Shown here: positions 57,155 through 64,000 of the stretch, piece after piece
Position numbering within the stretch: the stretch's first letter is position 1
Layout of the letters: each line of letters opens with the position of its first letter
Source: an uncultured Leptospirales bacterium
Lineage (GTDB): Bacteria > Spirochaetota > UBA4802 > UBA5550
Length of the DNA stretch: 64,000 bases
Direction: 5' to 3'
Assembly: GCA_964392365.1 (NCBI GenBank)
Contig: CAYMPH010000004.1
Coordinates: 134,678-198,677, forward strand
Made by a program: the position numbers and the translations under genes
Notes under the pieces: generated by a model
Seen by the model: only the letters and a program-made list of their open reading frames with translations
Told to the model about the DNA's origin: nothing
Databases searched by the model: none

Positions 57155-58834
57155 ATGGAAAAAAATGCAATTTATGCAATACTGCTTACCGGAACAATCT
57201 GGCTTGGATGGTATTTTATTTTCCCGCCTGAACAGAATAAACCGGTTCAGCCGGTTCAAAACCAGACTCAAACACAGACTCAGACAAAAACAGAAACCCC
57301 GCAGGTAAAAGCTGCTGATATAAAAACAGCTGATCCTATAATAAATGCAAATGCAGCCAAAGAGGAAAATATTGAATTTAAAACCTCTAAGTTCAATTTT
57401 GTTTTCACAAACAAAGGTGCTGCAGTCAAAAGCGCTTCCTATACTCACATAAATAAAACAGACAACAAAAAAAATATCGAACTTGTTATTGAAAAAAATA
57501 AAATCGGAACAAGCGGCGTTCTTGATTTTGCAGTTCATTTCGATGAATATGAATTTATGAATGGTGGATCTCTTGATTCCACTCTATGGACGCATGTAAA
57601 GACTGACGACGGAGTAAAATTCTCTGCTGTTATAAATTATGCGGGAAATCCGCTTTATGTTGAAAAGAAATATTCATTTCCAAAAACAGGAAATGAAATT
57701 AAGATTTCCTATAAATTTAAAAACACAGGGAAAAATACAGTTCAATTCAGAGATTCATCTTTGATATTTTCTCCAGGTGACGCAGTCGGCCCGACACTCG
57801 ATTTCAGCAACAGCTACAATAACCTGAGCAGCACATACCAGCTTAATGGAAGCTTCAAAACAGAGACAAAGGGCGGTGGATTTTTCTCCAAAGCTGCTGA
57901 TATGAAAAAAGAAAACGGAAATGTCGGCTGGGCCGGAATCATGGGCAGATACTTTCTGCTTATAATGATACCTGAAGGCTTTACAGGATCTGCAATTTTA
58001 TCGAATAATAAAGATACAAACCCCGGTCACAGAACAGGATTTTCAGTTAAAATGGATAATCTTGAATCAGGAAAAGAAATTTCAAAAAACTTTAAAATTT
58101 ATCTCGGCGAAAAAGACAAAGATGCACTTGCTCTGGTTGACAGCTCAATTGTAGAAGCCGCGGATATAAATTCACTGATTGAACCTATACGATATGCAGT
58201 TATCTGGTCTCTGATGTGGATTAATAAATTTATAGGAAATTTCGGCTGGTCTCTGATTGTATTTTCTATTTTAACAAAGCTTATATTTACTCCGCTGACT
58301 TTAAAATCCACAAAAGAAATGAAAAGGATGAGTGAACTTACACCTAAGCTGAATGCTCTTAAAGAAAAATATAAAGACAAACCTGAACTTCTCAACCAGA
58401 AGACAATGGAATTTTTTAAAGAAAATAAATACAATCCAATGGGCGGATGCCTTCCTATGATAGTTCAGATGCCGTTCTTCATAGCACTTTACAGCGCACT
58501 GGCAAACTCACTTGATTTATGGAACGCACCTTTCATTTTCTGGATGAAAGACATGTCAATGCCGGATACAGTTGCAACTATTTCCGGATTCACAATACAG
58601 ATTCTGCCGCTTGTAATGGTAGCAACTACATTCATCCAGCAGAAGCTTACTTCAGTTGATGCAGGAGGCCAGCAGCAGAAAATAATGATGATGGTACTGC
58701 CGGTTGTACTGCTTTTTGCTTTCTGGACTATGCCTTCAGGTCTTGTTCTATACTGGGCCCTGCAGAATATTTTCCAGATACTTCAGCAGGTAATTGCTAA
58801 TCATATTGGAAATAAGAAAAAAGCTGCAATATAA
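57155..58834 (+). CDS. yidC: membrane protein insertase YidC
   Basis: 559 aa ORF with an N-terminal TM, a periplasmic domain and the C-terminal 5-TM Oxa1/YidC core (KMKRMSELTPKLNALKEKYKD...MMMVLPV). Confidence 0.85.
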   Translation: MEKNAIYAILLTGTIWLGWYFIFPPEQNKPVQPVQNQTQTQTQTKTETPQVKAADIKTADPIINANAAKEENIEFKTSKFNFVFTNKGAAVKSASYTHINKTDNKKNIELVIEKNKIGTSGVLDFAVHFDEYEFMNGGSLDSTLWTHVKTDDGVKFSAVINYAGNPLYVEKKYSFPKTGNEIKISYKFKNTGKNTVQFRDSSLIFSPGDAVGPTLDFSNSYNNLSSTYQLNGSFKTETKGGGFFSKAADMKKENGNVGWAGIMGRYFLLIMIPEGFTGSAILSNNKDTNPGHRTGFSVKMDNLESGKEISKNFKIYLGEKDKDALALVDSSIVEAADINSLIEPIRYAVIWSLMWINKFIGNFGWSLIVFSILTKLIFTPLTLKSTKEMKRMSELTPKLNALKEKYKDKPELLNQKTMEFFKENKYNPMGGCLPMIVQMPFFIALYSALANSLDLWNAPFIFWMKDMSMPDTVATISGFTIQILPLVMVATTFIQQKLTSVDAGGQQQKIMMMVLPVVLLFAFWTMPSGLVLYWALQNIFQILQQVIANHIGNKKKAAI

Positions 58835-58865
58835 CATTTATAAATATTTATGAAAGGAGGTATAT

Positions 58866-59510
58866 ATGAAAGTATTTGAAGCAGAAGGAAGAACACCGGA
58901 TGAAGCAACAAAGAAAATGCTTGCTGAGCTTGGTATTAGAGATACAACTAAAATCAGAGTAGAAATCATTGACCAGGGAAAAAGCGGAATCTTCGGACTT
59001 GGAGTTTCACGTCCGGCTAAAGTTAGAATATACTTCAATGAAGATAAAGAAAACGTAGGCGAAACAGCAAAGCAGGTGCTTGTTGATATTCTCACAAGAA
59101 TGGAAATGGATGCCGGCATTAAGGATCTAAAAGAAAGCGACGAAAAAGTTTATATAGAAATTGAAAGCAAAAACAGTTCAGGCCTTTTAATAGGCAAACA
59201 GGGGCGCACTCTGGAAGCAATTCAATTCATGGTCAACTTGATAGTGAGCCAGAAAACCGGAACCGAGAAAAAAATAATTCTGGATATAGAATCATATAGA
59301 ACAAAAAGGGAAAAAGCCCTGAAAAAAATATCCCGCGATGCGGCTTTCAAGGTAATAAGGTCCGGCAAGCCTTTTACACTTGAACCGATGAATCCGTTCG
59401 AAAGAAGGCTTATACATCTGACTCTTCAAAACGATGACAGGGTTATAACAAAAAGCGAAGGACAGGGAATTTACCGTAAGGTTAAAATTTCGCCGGCTGC
59501 CAAACAGTAA
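58866..59510 (+). CDS. khpB: Jag/KhpB-family RNA-binding protein (Jag_N, KH and R3H domains)
   Basis: 214 aa ORF. The R3H motif LEPMNPFERRLIHLTLQ and its position after yidC support the call. Confidence 0.75.
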   Translation: MKVFEAEGRTPDEATKKMLAELGIRDTTKIRVEIIDQGKSGIFGLGVSRPAKVRIYFNEDKENVGETAKQVLVDILTRMEMDAGIKDLKESDEKVYIEIESKNSSGLLIGKQGRTLEAIQFMVNLIVSQKTGTEKKIILDIESYRTKREKALKKISRDAAFKVIRSGKPFTLEPMNPFERRLIHLTLQNDDRVITKSEGQGIYRKVKISPAAKQ

Positions 59511-59515
59511 ATAAT

Positions 59516-60871
59516 ATGTTAGAAAAAACGATCTGCGCACTTTCGACACCGCCGGTCAATTCAACAATAGCAGTTATAAGAACAAGCGGAGCCGAATCCT
59601 TACCAGCAGCGAAAGCGATATTTTCGGCTCCTGGCAAAATCTCTCCGCGATACGCCGCTTACGGTTCAATAATCGAAAGCGGCCGCATCCTTGATGATGT
59701 AATTTTAATTTACTACAAAGCCCCCTCAAGTTTTACAGGCGAAGATATGGTGGAAATATTCTGCCACGGGAACCGTCTTGTATCATCAAAAATCCTCAGT
59801 CTCCTGGTTCAAAACGGAATGCAGTTAGCTGCACCGGGCGAATTCAGCAAGCGGGCTTTCCTTAACGGTAAAATTGATCTCACTGAAGCTGAAGCAATCA
59901 ACCATTTAATACTGGCAAAAAGCGACTGGGAGATAGATATTTCAATTGATCAGATGCACGGCTCACTCAGAAAAATAATACGCCTTCTCAGGGAAAAACT
60001 CATACTTCTCAAAGCAGACATAGAATCAACCATTGATTTTTCTGAAGAAGACATAGAATTTGTTTCCCGCGAAGAAGCTCTTTCCCAGATAGAACATTTA
60101 TCAAATGAAATAACAGACCTGATTACCAGATGCCGCATTGGTGAAAAAATTTCACACGGAATTGATGCTGCAATTGCAGGAAGGCCTAACACAGGTAAAT
60201 CGAGCATACTGAATCTTATCCTGAATCAGGAAAGAGCAATTGTTTCAGATATTCCGGGTACTACGCGCGATATTATAAGGGAAACAGTTCAGATCGGAGG
60301 CATTCATATCAACCTGATTGACACTGCAGGTATCGGCATTCCGGGTGATGAACTTGAAAGGCTCGGCATTGAAAGAAGCAGGAAAAATATTGATTCAGCA
60401 GGCATAATTTTTATGGTAATAGACGGGTCACAGGGTTTATTACCTGAAGACAAAGAAATTATTGATAAAATCATCCGGAAAAAAATTATTTACATCATTA
60501 ATAAAACTGATATTGCTGATAGAGAAAAAATTGATAAAATTCAAAAAAGTTTGGATGGAATTTCCATTTTGTTTTCAGCAAAAACAGGTACCGGCCTGAA
60601 TGATCTTGAAAAAGCGATAACTGATATTCTAAGCACTGAATTTGCTGATTATAAAAATTCTTTCGCAGCGGATGTTAGAATTATAAATATACTTGAAAAA
60701 TCACTGAAAATATCCCATGTTATAAATGAACTGCTGAATGAAAATCACCCGAAAGAAATTGTTGCTTTTGAAATACAGGCTATGATAGAATCACTTGGAG
60801 AAATTACCGGAGAAATTCTCCCGGATGATGTTTTAAATTCAATCTTCAGCAGATTCTGTATAGGCAAATAA
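59516..60871 (+). CDS. mnmE: tRNA modification GTPase MnmE
   Basis: 451 aa ORF with G-domain motifs (GRPNTGKSS, DTAG, NKTD) and the C-terminal FCIGK. Confidence 0.85.
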   Translation: MLEKTICALSTPPVNSTIAVIRTSGAESLPAAKAIFSAPGKISPRYAAYGSIIESGRILDDVILIYYKAPSSFTGEDMVEIFCHGNRLVSSKILSLLVQNGMQLAAPGEFSKRAFLNGKIDLTEAEAINHLILAKSDWEIDISIDQMHGSLRKIIRLLREKLILLKADIESTIDFSEEDIEFVSREEALSQIEHLSNEITDLITRCRIGEKISHGIDAAIAGRPNTGKSSILNLILNQERAIVSDIPGTTRDIIRETVQIGGIHINLIDTAGIGIPGDELERLGIERSRKNIDSAGIIFMVIDGSQGLLPEDKEIIDKIIRKKIIYIINKTDIADREKIDKIQKSLDGISILFSAKTGTGLNDLEKAITDILSTEFADYKNSFAADVRIINILEKSLKISHVINELLNENHPKEIVAFEIQAMIESLGEITGEILPDDVLNSIFSRFCIGK

Positions 60872-60890
60872 ATATTTAGGGAGAATTAAA

Positions 60891-63800
60891 CTGATAGATC
60901 CCCTGATTTATAAAAGTGCTGTTGATAATATTCCTGCAGCCCTGATTCTGATAAATAGAGATTTAAACATTGTTTTATTCAATAAACAAGCTGACGAACT
61001 TTTCTCTTCAATATTAAACATCCCGCTTAAACATGGTGCATCTATTTTCAACTTTATATCTAAAGAGTTTAAATTAAATATTGAAGAATCCTTTACAGGA
61101 AAACTGGATAATAAAAACAATTTTGATGTTATTGAAAAAATAAATAATCAGGAATACTGGCTGAAATATTTTTTTTTACCTGTTACAGAATCCGGTAATA
61201 CTGATCATATATGGATTTCAGTAATAGATCTCTCAGAAAGAAAAGCTGTTATTGACCAGATAATCAATAATGAAAGAAAATTTAAAAACCTCGTAAAAGA
61301 ATCTTCAGATATTATACTCATTCTTGACGAAACAGGTAATATAAAATTCGCAAGTGATTCAATAGAAAAAATTCTGGGGTATACCCCATCAGAAGCAGCA
61401 GATAAAAATATATATTCTTTTATACACAAACTTGACGTTGATTCATTCAGGAATTTATTTCATAAAACTTTAAAAATCAATGAGGATTCTTTTCTTTCAG
61501 AATTTCAGTTCCAGCATTCAAGCGGTGAATACGTTTACATGGAAACATCAGGAACAAATCATCTTCACGATGCAGGCTCTACAGGATTTGTTTTAAATAT
61601 CAGAGATATAACTGACAGGAAACAGATCGAAGCAGCTCTCGAAAGAATTAACAGGCAGAAAGAAATGATTCTTGAATCTGCAGGAGAAGGCATCTTTGGT
61701 ATAAACTCAAAAAGAATGATAACTTTTGTAAATCCGATTGCAGCACTTCTCCTTGGCCAGAAGCAGGAGGAAATAATCGGCGAATTCGATTATAATATTT
61801 TTAAATATTTTAAATCAGATGGCAATGAATTCGCATCTGAAGAAAATCCGGCGATGATTACGCTCAGAGACGGGAAAAGCCGCCACTACCTGCATGCTAT
61901 TTTTAAATTAAAAAATACTATGGAAATACCTGTTGAATTTATAATAAATCCGATTATTGAAAAAGACTCAGTGATAGGAGCAGTAATAACTTTTAATGAT
62001 ATTGCTGTAAGAATAATTGCCGAGCAGGATTTAAAAAAAGCAAAAGAAGATGCAGAAAAAGCAAATTTTGCAAAAACAGAATTTCTTGCAAACATGAGCC
62101 ATGAAATCAGAACTCCGCTCAACAGTATAATCGGTTTTTCTGAAATTCTTGAGAAAAAATTAAATGATTATGATCAGGTGGAATATATTTCATTAATCAG
62201 AGAAAGTGCTGCAAATCTTCTGGGACTCATCAACGATATTCTTGATATTTCAAAAATAGAGAAAGGGAAACTTGACCTGGAAATTATTGACTTCAATCCC
62301 CATGAAATTTTTGAAAAGGCAATTGAACTTTTCGGAGCATCGGCTTATGAAAAAAAAATAATTTACACAGTTTTTATTGATCCTGAAATTCCAGTTTCTG
62401 TCAAAGGAGATCCTTTAAGGCTGAATCAGATTTTAATTAATCTAATTGGAAATGCGATAAAATTTACTCCTTCTAACGGGTCTGTCCAGGTTTTAGTTTT
62501 TTTAAAGCAAAAAGAAAACGGGAAAATTCAAATTACAGTATCTGTCACTGACACAGGAATCGGCATTCAGGATGATAAGAAAGATATTATACTTGAAGCT
62601 TTTACGCAGGCCGATTCATCAACAACCAGAAAATACGGCGGCACAGGACTTGGACTTGCTATTTCCAATAGTCTTATTCATAAAATGGGAGGAATTCTCA
62701 GTATAGACAGCATAAAAGGCAAAGGCTCTTCTTTTTCATTCACTCTTGAATTTGAATATACAGAGGAAAAATTTCTATACAATAAAAAAAACAGCGGAAT
62801 AAGAATATTTCTCATTTCAGAATCCGGACCGGAAAAAGAAATTATTCTGAAATATATAAAAGCAAAAAATATTATTGTGACTGATATTAATGAAAATCCG
62901 GAATTAATTATTATAAACACTTCTGAAAATATTCTGGAAGAAATTAAAGCTGTTAAAAAATTAAATATTCCGATTATTAATATTATAAATTTTTATAATG
63001 AAATTGAAAAATTTAAATTCCGCGAATCAGTGCAGACATTTATTACGAAACCAATCACAGGATTAAAAATATACAAGGCAATAAATGAACTTTTTCTTTT
63101 TGAACCCGTTAAACTGAAAAGTGAAGTTAATCAGTTTATAAAATTTAAAGGCAGGGCACTTGCAGCTGAAGACAATCTTAATAATCAGAAACTTTTAAAT
63201 ATAATCCTTACAGAAATCGGACTTGAAGTTGATCTGACAGAAAATGGAGAAGAGGCATTTATAAAATACACTGAAAATAATTATGATGTTGTTTTGATGG
63301 ATATCAATATGCCGGTTCTTGGAGGTCTAGAATCTCTTGGTTTAATAAGGAATTATGAAATAGAAAATCATCAAAGCGAAGTTCCGGTAATAGCTCTTAC
63401 AGCAAAAGCACTGATTGGCGACAGAGATGAAATTATTTCAATGGGATTCTCTGATTATATTTCAAAACCGATCTCCAGAAATTCTATAATTAAAATCCTC
63501 TCCAAATATCTTATTTACTCTGATACTCCGCCTGAAGATAAAGCTGGAACATTATATAAAAATACAGATACAACTTCTGATTTACAAAAGGCTGCTGATA
63601 ATATGGGGATCACAGTTGGAAATTTAAAAGATCTTATGCTGGATTTTTTCGAGACTATCGATGAATATATCGACCCACTGAAAAAAGCTGTATCAGAAAA
63701 TGATTTAAAATCCATAGAACAATACAGCCATAAATTAAAAGGAAGCACATTAACCTATGGTTTCAGCAATATTGCAGACAATCTTTCAAACATGGAAAAA

Positions 63801-63899
63801 CTCTCTTCAGCATTGCAAAACGCTGATTATAAAAAAAAGCTTGATGAAATTATTAATGAACTGAATGAATTAAAATTGAATGTTATTTCTGATTCATAA
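60891..63899 (+). CDS. hybrid sensor histidine kinase (PAS-PAS-HisKA-HATPase-REC-HPt)
   Basis: The frame is open from 60864 and encodes two PAS domains before the track start METSG at 61539. HisKA is at ANMSHEIRTPLN, HATPase at GTGLGLAIS, a receiver at VLMDINMP and an HPt at HKLKGS. There is no ATG/GTG/TTG in the first 225 in-frame codons. The proposed start is CTG 60891, 8 nt after AGGGAGA. Confidence 0.7.
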   Translation: MIDPLIYKSAVDNIPAALILINRDLNIVLFNKQADELFSSILNIPLKHGASIFNFISKEFKLNIEESFTGKLDNKNNFDVIEKINNQEYWLKYFFLPVTESGNTDHIWISVIDLSERKAVIDQIINNERKFKNLVKESSDIILILDETGNIKFASDSIEKILGYTPSEAADKNIYSFIHKLDVDSFRNLFHKTLKINEDSFLSEFQFQHSSGEYVYMETSGTNHLHDAGSTGFVLNIRDITDRKQIEAALERINRQKEMILESAGEGIFGINSKRMITFVNPIAALLLGQKQEEIIGEFDYNIFKYFKSDGNEFASEENPAMITLRDGKSRHYLHAIFKLKNTMEIPVEFIINPIIEKDSVIGAVITFNDIAVRIIAEQDLKKAKEDAEKANFAKTEFLANMSHEIRTPLNSIIGFSEILEKKLNDYDQVEYISLIRESAANLLGLINDILDISKIEKGKLDLEIIDFNPHEIFEKAIELFGASAYEKKIIYTVFIDPEIPVSVKGDPLRLNQILINLIGNAIKFTPSNGSVQVLVFLKQKENGKIQITVSVTDTGIGIQDDKKDIILEAFTQADSSTTRKYGGTGLGLAISNSLIHKMGGILSIDSIKGKGSSFSFTLEFEYTEEKFLYNKKNSGIRIFLISESGPEKEIILKYIKAKNIIVTDINENPELIIINTSENILEEIKAVKKLNIPIINIINFYNEIEKFKFRESVQTFITKPITGLKIYKAINELFLFEPVKLKSEVNQFIKFKGRALAAEDNLNNQKLLNIILTEIGLEVDLTENGEEAFIKYTENNYDVVLMDINMPVLGGLESLGLIRNYEIENHQSEVPVIALTAKALIGDRDEIISMGFSDYISKPISRNSIIKILSKYLIYSDTPPEDKAGTLYKNTDTTSDLQKAADNMGITVGNLKDLMLDFFETIDEYIDPLKKAVSENDLKSIEQYSHKLKGSTLTYGFSNIADNLSNMEKLSSALQNADYKKKLDEIINELNELKLNVISDS

Positions 63900-64000
63900 A
63901 TAAATCAAAATCTCCGTAGGAAATATAAAGCCTGACTCTCTCCTCAATGTTTGAAGCTGAAACAAGCTCCCCATAATGCTTCCCTGCTACAAGATGAATC
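63884..64000 (-). CDS. 3' end of an unidentified minus-strand gene (partial)
   Basis: Open frame running off the window end (...IHLVAGKHYGELVSASNIEERVRLYISYGDFDLFMNQK*), convergent with the kinase gene. Too short to assign. Confidence 0.25.

Noticed and set aside
60908-61429. Minus-strand ORFs 60908-61120 and 61205-61429
   Set aside because: Antisense to the open PAS-encoding frame of the histidine kinase. No supporting features.

Overview
AT-rich (about 30% GC) bacterial chromosomal window, densely coded and mostly on the minus strand in the first 45 kb. The gene content points to an anaerobic amino-acid/fatty-acid fermenter, possibly a Cloacimonadota-like lineage, but this is a guess from gene content only. 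Supporting genes are a BKACE/Kce-type beta-keto-acid cleavage enzyme, CoA-transferases, a tungsten-type aldehyde:ferredoxin oxidoreductase with MoeA and MoaD, and acyl-CoA metabolism genes. The main blocks are as follows. (1) A CoA-transferase / acyl-CoA synthetase / crotonase block. (2) A tightly packed four-gene operon of two thiolase-like proteins, a triple-SCP2 protein and a DUF35-BKACE fusion; this is the most unusual system in the window. (3) The atoDA CoA-transferase pair, two GMC-oxidoreductase paralogs and coaE. (4) Membrane and signalling proteins (7TMR-DISM/PP2C, LRR), an AOR, and MarR/TetR/AraC regulators. (5) ilvB preceded by a Val-rich leader-peptide attenuator. (6) An IS200/RAYT-type Y1 transposase flanked by hairpins, next to a HAL-thioesterase-DegV-GT2-LpxL-like lipid-type cluster. 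(7) An ~800 bp non-coding region with GC-rich long-range inverted repeats, which is a candidate structured RNA or MITE. (8) pepF, purN, moeA, coaBC. (9) fliM, whose 3' end is duplicated 6 kb downstream; the pair brackets an island carrying an adenylate cyclase, an MFS transporter, Cys-rich proteins, an ECF sigma factor and an ICMT-family methyltransferase. (10) The origin-proximal rpmH-rnpA-yidD-yidC-jag-mnmE cluster and a hybrid histidine kinase with no canonical start codon. Several intergenic repeat families are also present: GC-rich composite palindromes, a 27-nt palindrome, an AT-rich ~80-nt family and 9-mer iterons. No rRNA, tRNA or CRISPR was seen.
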